Positions 26,816-40,875 of a stretch of DNA of 64,000 bases are shown one piece after another (position 1 is the stretch's first letter; each line of letters opens with the position of its first letter). Under the pieces are notes generated by a model. The model saw only the letters and a program-made list of their open reading frames with translations. It was not told the origin of the DNA and ran no database searches. Source of the stretch: Octopus sinensis (taxonomy: Eukaryota). The DNA lies in contig NC_043022.1 in NCBI RefSeq assembly GCF_006345805.1, positions 434,001-498,000 of the forward strand, in the 5' to 3' direction. The translations under genes and the position numbers were made by a program.

Positions 26816-27269
26816 TGATCCCGACCGTTGGTCTTTTGAGAATCTTCCACTCAGCATCAATGCAAGAAGCACTGTGGGCTCAGTCGAGTTCTTCCGCTGC
26901 CTCTTCACATCCCACCATGCTGCAGTCCCATGACCTTATTGTATCCCTGGCAGGGGGGGGGGCAATAAATAAATAAATGGATAAATAATTAATTGAATAA
27001 ACAAATGAATGAATAAATGAAATTTATATTTAGCTTTGCATCAATTCGCAATGTTTTACGCGGTCTTCATTTTTCTATTTGGAACAAGTATTCTCGCCAT
27101 TGTCTGTTTTATAGTAATACGTATATACATGTATTCATACATACATACATACATACAGATACATATAGACACACATATGTAAATATACACACACACATGC
27201 TCACATACACACACATATACACATACACACATACATATATATACATACATACACACATACATACATACA

Positions 27270-27300
<31 letters not shown>

Positions 27301-28060
27301 TGATACATATACAGACACACATATAAATATACACACACATATATAGATATACACACACATACACACACAAACACACATACATACATACATGCGTACGTAC
27401 GTACGTGCGTGCCTGCATGCATACATACGTATGTACGTACAAACATACGTAGTATATAAGAAAAAGAAAGAAAGAGAATCCTTTCATCACTCCACAGTCG
27501 ACGTAAAAGCCAATAAGCGGTGTCTACACAAACATGTCCTCTGTGTTATATTGAAACCAAACAATGAAAACATTGTAGGTTCACCGCCGACAATAGTTTA
27601 CTGTTTTTAACATATGTATGTAGTATTTCACATACACGGCTACCAACCGACACCGCCTCTATCATCAATCCTGGAAAATTATAAAATATATTTTTTCCTG
27701 TTAGGAACCTTATAAATTCGTGACGTAGACAAGGGTTTTGGGGTTTTTGCGTACATTTTCAATCTGTGATAAACCTGAGTTTTCCAATGCTTTCCGCTCC
27801 CCATTTCCCGCCCTTGTCATGATTTTGCTCTGTTTTCCTTATTTTTCTTTGAATTATTAAATTGGCTTTCATGTTTTTCCCCTTTCATTTCATCTTTCTT
27901 TCTTTCTTTCTTTCGTTCCGCTTTTTCTTTCTTCCTTTCTTTCAGTTTTTCCTTTCAAATTTATTTTTCACTCTAACTTTCGTACCCTTAACTGAAGTAC
28001 ATGCGTATAAACCCAAACACAGGCATATATATCCATATATATTATATACATACATACATT

Positions 28061-28174
<114 letters not shown>

Positions 28175-28399
28175 CAGAGAGAGACAGAGAGAGACAGAGA
28201 GAGACAGAGCAGTATACATTAAAAATGGCGAAGGCCGATTAATGGAATTACCTTAAGTTTCCCGTCCATAAAGGATTTAGCTTTATGGCGTTTCGTAAGA
28301 TCCCAAAAACTTGTTGTACCCTTATCAGGTGGGTTGTCATGATGGCTATACTGGGTTTCATATATTTGTACCCCAGTGTCACTTCGATAGCATGTAATA

Positions 28400-28471
<72 letters not shown>

Positions 28472-28474
<3 letters not shown>

Positions 28475-28843
28475 GTGTGGTAAGTAGCTTGCTTACCAAC
28501 CACATGGTTCCGGGTTCAGTCCCACTGCGTGGCACCTTTGGCAAATGTCTTCTACTATAGCCTCGGGTCGACCAAAGCCTTGTGAGTGGATTTGGTAGAC
28601 GGAAACTGAAAGAAGCCCGTCGTATAAATGTATGTGTGTGTGTGTGTTTGTCCCCTCGCCAACATCGCTTGACAACCGATGCTGGTGTGTTTACGTTCCC
28701 GTAGCTTAGCGGTTCGGCAAAAGATACCTATAGAATAAGTACTAAGCTAACAAAGAATAAATCCTGGGGTCGATTTGTTCGACTAAAGTCGGTGCTCCAG
28801 CATGGCCGCAGTCAAATGACCGAAACAAGTAAAATAATAAAAG
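28472..28843 (+). mobile_element. family A SINE, near full length
   Basis: TGTGTGGTAAGTAGCTTGCTTACCAACCACATGGTTCCGGGTTCAGTCCC..CAGCATGGCCGCAGTCAAATGACCGAAACAAG. Confidence 0.9.
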
Positions 28844-29289
28844 AATATATAAAACACTCGTGCACACACGAATAAACAAACAGACATATATATATATATA
28901 TATATAAATATATATGATACGTGCGATTGTATGTTTTTCTTTGCGATTCATTTAAATTCTTCTTCGCCGACTTGAAGCTGTTTACTAAAAAAAGTGACAG
29001 AGCGCCTTTGTTTGCCTCAAGACAGTTCGAGGGATTTCTGAATATGTGCGCGAGAGTTACTGTTTGCTTATATATGGGTGTATGTTTGCGTATATACGAG
29101 AACACACGTAGATATTTGTCGATGAATTCGTAAGTCAGTGTGTGTGTACTTAATTATTTATGTAATGGGTGTAACTGTCTCTTTAGTACACTCGTATACT
29201 AAACTAGGTAACTTCTATATATTTAGCATTATATAAATGTGTGTGTGTGTGTGTCTGTCTGTCTGTCTGTGTCTGTGTATATATCATTC

Positions 29290-29455
29290 GCCATGATAGA
29301 TCGCTAGCCACTACACATTCTTTATTTCTGTGTTCCTTTCTGTGGAAGAGCGTAGGCTCGAAACGTTAAAGACTTTTTCACTTCCCGAGCGTTATACTAA
29401 AACATCTGTTTGTTGTCTACACCACCTGTCTTCGTTTTTTTTTCTGAATTCTCCC
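29290..29455 (+). mobile_element. probable Penelope-like element terminal-repeat fragment with degenerate hammerhead motif
   Basis: CTTT-CTGTGGA-A-GAGC GTAG GCTC-GAAA-CG-TT-AAAG at 29336-29371. Confidence 0.45.
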
Positions 29456-29530
29456 TATATATGTGTATGTATATATGTATATATATATTGCATATAAATA
29501 TATATGTGTATGTTTATATATATATATATA

Positions 29531-29764
29531 CACCATTACCATCTCTCGGATCACTGCTCTTTGTTCTTCTTCTTTGGTGCACATTGCTAGTGGAGTGACC
29601 ATGCTTAGACTGTGAAGCCGGAAAGAAAAATGGCGCGATCATGCCCAAATTTCGATCACGTGACCACAACAGTACCAACTATAAGCACGCATGTGCAGAA
29701 GGCATTGTTACAATAATAAAGTTATGTTATGGCGAAAGTGCGGATAATTTTTGACTTCCCCTCG
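29531..29764 (-). mobile_element. 5' end of a mariner element (TIR plus transposase N-terminus)
   Basis: Minus strand TA-CGAGGGGAAGTCAAAAATTATCCGC TIR; MVTPLAMCTKEEEQRAVIR resembles the mariner N-terminal xTKEEQRxVIRF motif. Confidence 0.7.
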
Positions 29765-29879
29765 TATGTATAGTATTTTTCTGTTTATCTGTTCATATTC
29801 TTCCTAAATGGAGGAGCTGGTTTCTAACGTAGAAACAAAACCCCACTGATAGAATCTGGATAACGACAACAACGATAAG

Positions 29880-31110
29880 TGTTACCCGTTGAACTTCAGA
29901 AAAGGCTTGCATAATTTTACTGTTCCACCTACTGACGGTATTCGTAAACTACATGTGTACCAGTCTCTTTCTTTGCTTGAAAATCCAAGCTTTTCCAAAG
30001 TACTGCTTAAACCTTCACTGATGTAACCAAGTGTACCAATAATTACTGATACAAATGTAAACGTATGTATAACATATGTATATACATTATGTAACTGTAT
30101 GAATAGAGCAGAGAATTTAAACGGTGGATTTTTATGTCGTATTTTCAATGGGTTTAAATACTCCAAAATAATTTTTGCTTCCCTTTAGTTCTGCTTCAAG
30201 ATGGCTCCCATTCCTTGCTCGTTTTATACGTTTTCTTTGCTAGAGAGCTAAATAGTTAGCTAGACCTCTAACAAGGAAGTTATTTCCCCTGCTACCATAT
30301 TCTTCTCGGAACAACACTTTGTAGTGTCTTGAAATTTTTCACTCAATCTGTAATTGTCTGGATTAGAAGGATGCCATTCTGTTCGTTTCGTTGTTTCTTG
30401 GTAAACATTCTCAACCTTGGTAAGCATTCTCAACCTTTTCATTTAAGTTTATTGTAGCCTCATACACTTGTAATCGCCTAATATACTTATGACCATTGAA
30501 CATAGTCTCATGTAGTTATGATCATCGTGAGTGCAATTGGCTACATAACAGATTTAAATAAACGTCTGAAAATGTTGATGTACCTGCAACAGGTACAAAT
30601 AATAGTTTATAGCCATGATACCAGAGATGTACATCTCGCGTTAATTTACCGTAGATTATTTTTTTTCTGAAACGTTCGACAAGAAATTCACACCCGTTGT
30701 TCTCTGTCCCATCAGATGATATCAGCTCTGATATGTTTGCGCTATACTGCAGCTCTTATTGTCTTTCTTTTAATGTTTCCCCAATATTCCTTATTGTTTT
30801 TTAAAGTGTGAATATATTCTTTATGTAGTGTGTTTCTTTATACAAGATATCTTTCCTACAGATGTAATTGGTTTTACAACAGATTTTACGACAATATGTT
30901 TTATGAGAAGGCAGTACGTTTCGGAAATTGAAGAGAGCTCCGCTGGTAATGTGGACGACATCTTCCACACCGTTATCACCACAAACTATATTTTCTACCA
31001 CAATGTGGTGGGTTAGAGACATCCTCATCCATTTTGTCGATCAAATATTTCGTAGTTATTTCTTCTTGTTCCTGAATAGTGAAGCTGTATTGTTGTAGAT
31101 GGATGTGAAG
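29880..31110 (-). mobile_element. decayed RLE-type non-LTR retrotransposon of a fourth family (two blocks, about 30640-31110 and 29880-30060)
   Basis: IQEQE.ITTKYLIDK, KYSLCGDNGVEDVVHITSG (knuckle), KEYW..ADII.WD (RLE) and the C-terminus VIIGTLGYI..LGFS..GGTVKLCKPFLKF*. Confidence 0.65.
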
Positions 31111-31636
31111 TATCTACTAGAAGTCCAACAGAGACTACTCTTCTTGGCAGGGCTGGGTAGAGGCCCTAAGCCCTTAAAAGATTCTGGGGCCCCCGTATAT
31201 ATGTAATTCAAAATATAAACATTGATAAACCATAAAATGATTTTTTATTTTTCAAAATGAAGCAAAACTAACAGAAAGATGGAAAATAATGTTTATTTTT
31301 GTATATTTCCCTTTATTCATATTTAAGAAATTTTCTCCTACTTTTCTTTTTAATTGCAAAGTCCTTGATCAGATCCTCTCTGTGACACCATGAACGCTTC
31401 TGGGTTATATTTCCGATCATTTAAACCACTTCGAATATTAATTTAGTAAATTTAAAGTGATTTTTTTTGTGCTGTGGTGCCCCCTTCCTTCTCTTGATGT
31501 CCTAAGCACGTGTTTTTTTGACCATGTTGTTGGTATCCTTTAGTTAATGGGCGTAGACCGTCAGCCAGGCAATCATTTCTGCTGAAAATGATTATTGTTT
31601 CTTCACTAAATTTCGGTGTCAGTACGTTTATTGTGT

Positions 31637-31943
31637 GGAGGCACATGGCCTTGTGGTTAGAGCAGCGGACTCGCGGTCGAGGGATCGCGGGTTCGAATCT
31701 CAGACCGGGTGATGTGTGTGTTTATGAGCGAAACACCTAAGCTCCACGCGGCTCCGGCAGAAGGTAATGGCGAACTTCTGCTGACTCTTTCGCCACAGCT
31801 TTCTCTCACTCTTTCCTCCTGCATCTTGCAGCTCACCTGCGACGGACCGGCGTCCCGTCCAGGTGGGGGACCTATACGCCAAGGAAACCGGGAAACCGGC
31901 CCTAATGAGCCAGGCATGGCTTGAAAAGGAACAAAAAAAAAAA
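31637..31943 (+). mobile_element. SINE with family C head/body and a different (family D) tail
   Basis: GGAGGCACATGGCCTTGTGGTTAGAGCAGCGGACTCGCGG..GGGTTCGAATC head. Body matches 11261-11550; tail CCTGCGACGGACCGGCGTCCCGTCCAG..GAAACCGG matches 61932-62187. Poly-A end. Confidence 0.85.
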
Positions 31944-32522
31944 CGTCTATTGTAGTCCTCGTTGGGACACATGGAACTGCTCACCTAGAATACTTACGGA
32001 GGAATTCTTTCCCTATTCTCGAGATGTTATTTTTACCAGTGAATACACACGATGCACTCATCTGTCCCTTAAATCTCTGTAAGCGTTGTCTGGGTGATAC
32101 GATGCAAAGGCATTCAAAAGACGCGGACTGAAGTCACGCTTCTGTCACCATCCTCCCGTCAAACAGTGATCCTGTCACTTGCTCTCTTGATGTGGTCCTA
32201 TTGTTTATTTATTTATAACCGTAATTGTATGACTTTTCATGCTACGAAACCGAGTTTATGGGTTTAATGAAAACTTACGGTTCACATTTCAACTTTTTTT
32301 TTTTTGCTCTTTTAGATAAAGTTTTTGATTAATCTCGTTGATGGTGTTTAAGTTCAATTAATTTACAAGGGAGTCATCACCAGTCGGCTTCTTCTGAAAA
32401 TTTTAAACGACTTATAACTACTCGCAGCTGGTGGCTCGTGAATTCATTATTCACTTCTGGTTTGATTAGGCTGTCTGATTGTCTGGTAATTTTCTGTAGC
32501 TTGTCGATATTTTAAATTTTCC

Positions 32523-32589
<67 letters not shown>

Positions 32590-33859
32590 AGCGATCCAAT
32601 TTGGTTGTGTGTTCTTATCACAGCGATCGATCTTACTCCCATCTGTTGGCGAAGAGCGACAAAATAAAGAAAACCAATCAATGTTCAATAACTCCAATAT
32701 GTCCTAGATGTTCTTTAGGAACTTGATCAATAACTGATAATAAAATCAAATCAGTCTGGTTTAATGCAGATAATAAAGTCCTTCTTGAATCTTGAACTGG
32801 ACTGTGTTTTGGGTCTTTATATTTTTACTCATTTCTGTTTATTCAAAAGTGTTTACCACGTGTTCAAGTGATGTCGTCAGTTCTATCTCTGCCTTGTCGC
32901 CATCGTTTCGGTTTTGGTTGTGGCTCATGATTTTAACAATTTTCTCTGTAACAGAGTCTGCTGGGAACAAAGTCTTCTGGTATTGATTCTGGCTATTTAA
33001 CGTGAATGCTTGTTGAATGATTTTTCAAGACAGAACAAGCTATTTCTTCTCAACGAACGCTGACACAGTCCTTGGCACTGAAGTGGAAGCAACTGCGATA
33101 TCTTACATCATACCCCAGTAGATCTTTATCCATTTCATGGAAACGTTGGCACCATCTTCTCTAGAATTTCCGTTGAATTTTACTGGTTTTGGTTTAATTA
33201 AAAACCCATAGGAATTTCCCTCGTTAGTTCCCTCACCTACGATAAATGACACAAATTTCCTGTCCCGCCATGCCGTATGTAGCAGTAAGCCATGTAGTAT
33301 CGTTTACTACAAGGGGTCCGCAACCACCTGGTTGTGTATCATTTGGTCTTTGTTATCATTCCTTCAGGAGATATAAGACATCGCCTGAAGAAATGAATCA
33401 ATGATAATGATCAACCAGATGCCTACGGATACTACGGACTACACAGTAATCATCGCACTGTGATCTTAAGAGACATGCGGTTTGTGGAAACGCGCGTAAC
33501 AGTGCATCAGAATATTTATGAATTCCATCCAAGGAGTATTGTTATTAGTATTATATTTATCCTACATTATATCAGTTCAGTTCGGTGCAACCTTCAAAAA
33601 CTGGTTCACCAGTCAGCATCATTAGACTGTGGCAAGCATAATGGAATAGGAGCTTTAGAAGCATATACAAAGCGTTTGTGTGTGTGTGTATATAAACATA
33701 ATAGACATATAGTGTATGTATGTATATATATATCTATATAGAAAGTGTGTGTGTGTATGCGCGAGCACAAACATATTACTATAAGACGCAATAAGGTAAT
33801 CTCTATTAAATATACCTGGCTTCTGTTTTAATTCGTTAAAGAAAAAACTTCTGGCGGAC

Positions 33860-33903
33860 GCGTGTATATATGTGGACATGCATATGCAGACATATATATA
33901 TAT

Positions 33904-33955
<52 letters not shown>

Positions 33956-34018
33956 GCACACACACACATATATACGTATATTTATATATATATATACACA
34001 CATACATACATTCATACT

Positions 34019-34056
<38 letters not shown>

Positions 34057-34200
34057 TACACATACATTCATACTAATATATATATATATAATTTATATAT
34101 ATATATTACATATATACATTTGTAATATATAAATATACATACATATATATATATGTATATGATATACGTACATACATACGTGTTTGTATGCGTATGTAGG
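33860..34200. repeat. (TA)n/(CATA)n microsatellite block
   Basis: Directly visible. Confidence 0.9.
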
Positions 34201-34829
34201 TAGTTACGTGTGTGGGTGTATATATGTACATATACAACAATACGAAGTTATAACAATGCGAAGATACGACAATGCGATGGATGACATAGAAACGGATTAG
34301 CAGATAACACAACAATATGGTCGCCATTAGTTTCCCTGATAAAGATCAGAGAAGTTACATAACAATACCAAAATGGCTTTAACGATGTACAGAAGCGAAC
34401 TGAAATGTTAAGAAACTGCAGTCTTCGGTGTTGTGATTAAAAGAAAAAACATTACATCAGCTAAAGGAATATAATGCTACTTGTAATTAAGAATAAATGC
34501 AACTGCTTCAACGAAGACATTGATTTACTCAAAAGGGAACGGTAATAGGGCAAGTTAGAGAAGAAAAAACAGCAGCGGATTAATTTGCTGAGGGTCCCTG
34601 AATACTGTCACTGTGTTTATCGCAAGGAATTTTAGTCGCTGAGAATTTCAAAGCGTGTGTAGCCAACAGAATGTTTTCTTCTCGGAGTGAGGAAAGAAAC
34701 GTTTTGTTCCGTCCCTCGAACCATGACTGCTACAACGGCAACAGCAATAACAACAACAACAACAACAACAACTGCTACTACTACTGTTTTTTTTCTTCCT
34801 CCTCAACCACCACTACTACCGCCACCTAT

Positions 34830-34881
<52 letters not shown>

Positions 34882-34976
34882 GATAATAATAATAAGAAGA
34901 ATAATGTTAATAGTAATAATAATAATTCCTATCTATACCAATTTCATGTTATATTTATATACACATATATATACAT

Positions 34977-35011
<35 letters not shown>

Positions 35012-35236
35012 CTTTGTGTGTGCATGTGTGTATGTGCGTGCGTGTATGTGTATATAACATACTATATTTTTATTATGCATATATCATTGCAGATTTGAGT
35101 ATACGCGAATATATAACAGTTCTATGTGTATAGTTGTGTATGTATGTATGTACGCATGTGTATGTTTGTGTGTGTGTGTTTATATAACATTTTTAAGCTC
35201 GCGGTCTCTGTCTCTCAGTCACTCTCTCGTTCCATG

Positions 35237-35268
<32 letters not shown>

Positions 35269-35423
35269 AAATTATATTAAACGCTTGATGTGTGCATTGT
35301 GTATATATAATTGTTGTATATTTGTATATATATATGCCAAATGTATGAGTATAATTATTTATATTGTATGTATATGTGTATATATGTATATGTGTGTCTA
35401 TAAAACAGTGTCTAATACATATA

Positions 35424-36658
35424 CGAGGTGCATTCAAAAAGTACCCGCGAAAACTAATACTGCGTATGCAAACTGCTTTGCGTGGAAGGTGACGCCACCC
35501 TTACTGCGCATGTGCAAAAATTTTCTTGCTGGTAGGCCGTGACAGACTACAGACGTGTGGTGCGCTTTCGTTGCATTTTTGTTTTCATAAAAGATGACCG
35601 AACGCCTGGAGCAAAGATATGGCATCAAGTTTTACCAAACCATCCAGAATATTCAGCAGGCTTTTGGGGATGATGCCATGGACAAAACTCTTGTTCGAAT
35701 CATGACTACTGTTCGAATCATGACTGCACCTCAGTGGAGAGCGAGGTACACTCAGCCAGGCCATACACTACTCGAAACGAGAAGCCGATTGAGAAGGTGC
35801 AGCAAATAGTCTTGGAAGAGGTAATTGCTCACGAAATGGGAATAAGCACAGGATCAGAGCATTTCATTTTAACGGAGGATTTGTGCATGCGGAAAGTTTC
35901 GTCCCAAGGTGCTGGTTGAACCTCAGAAGCAACTCCGCATGGGAATTGCTCAGGTCATACCGGACTGTCCAAACAGCGACCCAGACTTCACGAAGACCAT
36001 TATCACTGGTGATGAGACATGGGTTTATGGTTACGACCCGGAAACCAAGTTCCGGTCCTCCCAATGGAAGCATCCGTCATCACCAAGGCCCAGAAAAGCA
36101 CGACAGGTTCACAGCAATTTGAAGGTAATGTTGACCTATTTCTTTGACTCCTGCGGCATTGTGCGTCATGAGTACGTACCACAAGACCAAACAGTCAATA
36201 AGGAATACTGCCTGGAAGTTAGACGTCGCTTTCCTGATGTTGTGCGTCGAAATCGGCCGGAAATGTGGGCGGTGAAGAATTGGCAATTTCACCACGACAA
36301 AGCACCTGCTCATTCTGGCTACATAATCTAAGCTTTCCTGGTCAAGAACAACACACCGCTTGTTCGATAGGCTCACTACACTCCCACGTGACTTCTGACT
36401 CTTCCCCAATCTGAAAACCACGCTGAAAGGGAAGCGATTTAAATCGCGTGAGGAAATTATGAGAAAAGCGACTGCGGATCTCTACAGCATTCCAGAGATG
36501 GTGTTCTAGAGGTATTACCATCAATGGCAGAACCGTTGAGAGAAGTGTGTCAACACCCAAGGGGAGTATATTGAAGGTGATTAGATAAGATTTGAGAATG
36601 TACAAAATTGTTTTGTTTTTTTATGCCCCAAGGCCAGATACTTTTCGAACGCACCTCA
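35424..36658 (+). mobile_element. full-length, inactivated mariner DNA transposon
   Basis: TA-CGAGGTGCATTCAAAAAGTA ... TACTTTTCGAACGCACCTCA-TA TIRs. Transposase motifs IITGDETWVYGYDPETK, KVML..FFDS.GIV..EY, HHDKAPAH and LFPNLK..LKGKRF. Frameshifts and stops present. Confidence 0.95.
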
Positions 36659-38091
36659 TATCACTGAATAGTCGTCCATATTCAGTGAGTTTAGTTATAG
36701 TAGATAAAACTGTAATAGTTCTACATACATTACCAAGGGAATATGACTAGTTTTCTCTCTCTCTCTCCCCTTCTCTCTCCTCCCCCTCTCTCTCCCCCTC
36801 CCTCTCTGTCTCTCTCTCTCTCTCTTTCTTATCTCATTCGCTTTCGTTTCCTTTTCGTCTCGCGCGCCATTATTTAATTTTTTCTTTCACTTTCCCTGGA
36901 ATATGCATCAAACACCAACCTTACCCTGACCACCCCCAGTCATCAAAAAAGGACAACCACGACGATGATGAAGACGGCTACCAAAGCAATGACAACGACG
37001 GCCACGGCAGGAACGACGATGATGGCAACTAACGCTGTGCACTCCAACCGCTGCCATCGCTATCACTACCACTAATTAATATCACAAACACCATCCTAGC
37101 TACCACCTCCACACTGCCACCCACACCACCACCACCCACACCACCACCACCAAAACCACCATCTCTAAACTGTCGCCATCACCATAGCTATTGACATCAA
37201 TAGCATCACCACCTCCACCACCACCACCACCACCCTGCCTGTCATCATCGCCGCCACCAACACCACCGTCAACCCTCACCTCCGTTACCCCACCCCTAGC
37301 AGCAGCAGCAGCAGCAGCAGCAACAACGCCACAGCTATCGCCACCCCCGTCACCTTTTCTTATCTCTTTTCACCCTCAGCAGACAAACATAGAAACGAGT
37401 ATAAATAATTGACTAAGAATGAAATATGAATAAATAAAGAAAGAAAGAAATGAATGAATCAGCCTCGTTCGTTTGAGGATATTTTAGACTTATCAGTACA
37501 TTGTTGATAATAAGTTAAAAATAGCATCACTATGGTGTTGCCGAAAACTTGTGCTTTGGATTAGTTTGTGTCACATGTATGGCAATTAACGTCTGATAGT
37601 CTTGACATCTCCCCACCCGAGTCTTTTCTTTCTCGTTATGATTACGGACTCAGGTTACAGAGTCGAGCGGACAGAATCGTTGGCGAACGAAGTGCTTAGT
37701 GACATTTCTTACGGCTCTTTACGTCCTGAGTACAACTGCAGCTGAGGTCGATGAAAGAAGTACCAGTTTAACACTAGGGTCAATGTAACTGACTAATCCC
37801 TTCTTCTAAAATTGCTGGCTTTGAGCCAAAATTTGAAGCCATTATTACGAGCCCTGTCTAATATTTTCGCAGACTTGGTTGAATCCGCCTTTCCTTGACA
37901 TTATGGAATCAGTCAGAATTTTTACGTAATCACGAACTCATTCAGAATTCTTATAATTAATAGGGAGTCCCTCACAGCATTTCATAATTACTCAGAGGTT
38001 TTTCCTTGTTAGTTGTCTACTCAAAGATTCATTTTTTTTTTTCGTTATTATGCATCCACATAAAGAACTATTTTTCTTTTTTATATAACTA

Positions 38092-38320
38092 CGGCGCCAC
38101 TTGCTGGCAGAATCGTTAGCACGCTGGATGGAATGCTTAGCGGTATTTTGCACGTCGCTACATTCTGAGTTCAAATTCCGCCCAGGTCGACTTTGCCTGT
38201 CATCCTTTCGGGGTCGATAAAACAAGTATCAGTTAAACACTAGAGCCGATGTAATCGACGCGTCCTCTCCCCCCAAAATGACTGTCCTTGTGGAAAAATT
38301 TGAAACCGTTATTACAGAAG
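38092..38320 (+). mobile_element. family B SINE
   Basis: GCTGGCAGAATCGTTAGCACGC..TCTGAGTTCAAATTCCGCCCAGGTCGACTTTGCCTGTCATCCTTTCGGGGTCGATAAA. Confidence 0.85.
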
Positions 38321-38984
38321 CCTTCGGATTATTTCTTGTTTTTTTCTTCATTATTATGGACTCCCACGGAATTCTTTGCGTTACTACTAAGGACCCAGTC
38401 GTATTTTACATTGGATATTTTTACGTTGTTATACCTTAATGAATGTCAACAAACACAAAGTTTGGGAAATAACCAGAGTAGGGGGTAGTATCCTGACATA
38501 GAACAGAGAAATCTAACCCTTCGAACGGGAACTACTGTTCAAAAAGGGTCCTGCTCAAAACATTAGTACCCACTTCATATTCCAGAGCTATAAAGTGGTG
38601 TCATTGCGATCGCTCGATCTGTTAGAAATAAGAGCCAATTCTCCTTCAAATAAAACAGTACAAAACCTGCCTTGATTAAGAAAAAATATTATACAGTCTT
38701 AAATGCACTTTCCTCAAACAAAATGGGCGGAATGGTCACTTTTTGAAATTGTTTATTGTAGATTATTTTATATTTATATTATTCCTTTATGACCCAAATG
38801 TACTCTGACAGAAACATTGGGTCTTTTTCTGGGAATATTGCAAAACGAGCGAAAGTGTTGTGTATAATAATATACTTTGAATGTTCTGGTTGTTTCTCGA
38901 TGGATTGTATCTTGCATATTACTTTTGCTGGGTCTAATTGAAAATTCTTTTAAAAAATTCTTTTTTGAAGCGCATGCATACATA

Positions 38985-39018
38985 CACACATACATACATA
39001 CATACATACATACATACA

Positions 39019-39052
<34 letters not shown>

Positions 39053-39053
39053 G

Positions 39054-39084
<31 letters not shown>

Positions 39085-39092
39085 GATACATG

Positions 39093-39124
<32 letters not shown>

Positions 39125-39152
39125 GATACATACATACATATATAGATACATG

Positions 39153-39184
<32 letters not shown>

Positions 39185-39270
39185 AATACATACATACATA
39201 CCTACAAACATACATACATACATACATACATACATACATACATACATACATACATACATACATACATACA
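38985..39270. repeat. (CATA)n array
   Basis: Directly visible. Confidence 0.95.
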
Positions 39271-39289
39271 GGCACCCAGAAAGACTCCC

Positions 39290-39430
39290 CATCACTTCAT
39301 TCTCCAAATGTATGTGGAATTTAAAGGATGATTATATCAGCAATGATAAAACCAGTTGGTCCATTATATAACAAGTGTCCCATATATTAATTACCCGGAT
39401 GATGTGATCTTTGTTTCTCAGCTAAGGAAA
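39290..39430 (+). mobile_element. possible Penelope-like GIY-YIG C-terminal fragment
   Basis: KCMWNLKDDYISNDKTSWSII and NYPDDVI resemble the PLE endonuclease C-terminal (S)KYIWxLK..WSI region. Short and degenerate. Confidence 0.35.
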
Positions 39431-39609
39431 GCATCTTTTACAGGCTTTTGCAAGTAAATACACGAACTCATAGTCACACGGCTATATTGGTAGATAAGTA
39501 GATAGAGTGATAGTTAGAGAGAGTGTGTGTGAGTGAGTGAGAGAGGCACTTAGGTATGTATAAAATAAGCTACAATAAACAATTAGGTATGTGTGTGTGT
39601 GTGTGTGTG

Positions 39610-39611
39610 TG

Positions 39612-39651
<40 letters not shown>

Positions 39652-39907
39652 TTGACATGCAAGCACACATACATAGTAAGACAGATAGACAAACAGTCGT
39701 TGCAGGCTGATAGATAGGTATACAGAGAGATATATAGAGAGAAAGGTACAGAGACAGACAGGCAGGCTGACCGACAGGCAGACAGACAAAAATACAGGCA
39801 AACAGATAGATAGATAGATCAACAGATAGATTGAGATAGATAGATAAATAGATAGATAGACAGACATAGGCAGGCAGGTAGGTAGGTAGATAGATAGATA
39901 GATAGAT

Positions 39908-39955
<48 letters not shown>

Positions 39956-40103
39956 TGAGAGAGAGAGAGATAGATAGATATGAGAGAGAGATAAAAATAA
40001 GTGATAGATAGATAGGTAGATATATATAGAGAGAGAGATAGAGAGGCAGGTAGGCAGCTATGTAGGTAGGTAGGTAGGTAGGTAGGTAGGTAGGTAGGTA
40101 GAA

Positions 40104-40134
<31 letters not shown>

Positions 40135-40149
40135 TAGATAGATAGATAG

Positions 40150-40187
<38 letters not shown>

Positions 40188-40190
40188 TAC

Positions 40191-40288
<98 letters not shown>

Positions 40289-40290
40289 GT
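39610..40290. repeat. (GATA)n/(GACA)n/(GGTA)n tetranucleotide array
   Basis: Directly visible. Confidence 0.95.
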
Positions 40291-40575
40291 AAGCAGTTGT
40301 GAACTATGCCAACTTACTTTCCTCTGACATGTCACTACTGCTTCAACAGATATGTGTTTGAAGGTGAGGAGTTGACTTCAAACACTGATTACTCGGGTCT
40401 CTCCCGCTAAGAGTGGGGATTAACGTAACGGCCATTTTAAAGCCACTTAATTTCATAAGCTACCTGTGACGTTTATGCTTGCATGCATCGTATTAATTCC
40501 ACAAAGCTGAATATTAAACATACACACTTACAAACAACAATATGCATATGTATATATGTATGCATGTGTGTATGT

Positions 40576-40663
<88 letters not shown>

Positions 40664-40802
40664 CTATATATATATGTATATTTATATACACATATATATA
40701 TATACATATATACAAATACACTTATACATACACTATATATATATATATGCGTGTGTGTGTGTACACACATGCATAAATGCATACCTATGCTTACGTACAT
40801 AC

Positions 40803-40875
<73 letters not shown>

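Noticed and set aside
30860-30945. Plus-strand exon-like segment (DVIGFTTDFTTICF..)
   Set aside because: The minus strand encodes the knuckle/RLE region of a decayed retrotransposon.
31637-31710. tRNA gene (A and B boxes)
   Set aside because: It continues into SINE body and tail and cannot form a full cloverleaf; the same applies to the other SINE heads.
32950-33400. Exon-like minus-strand segment (PNDTQPGGCGPLVV..; DLLGYDVRYRSC)
   Set aside because: No acceptor compatible with the open frame, and stops in all frames. It may be an ancient DNA-transposon relic but is too degraded to call.
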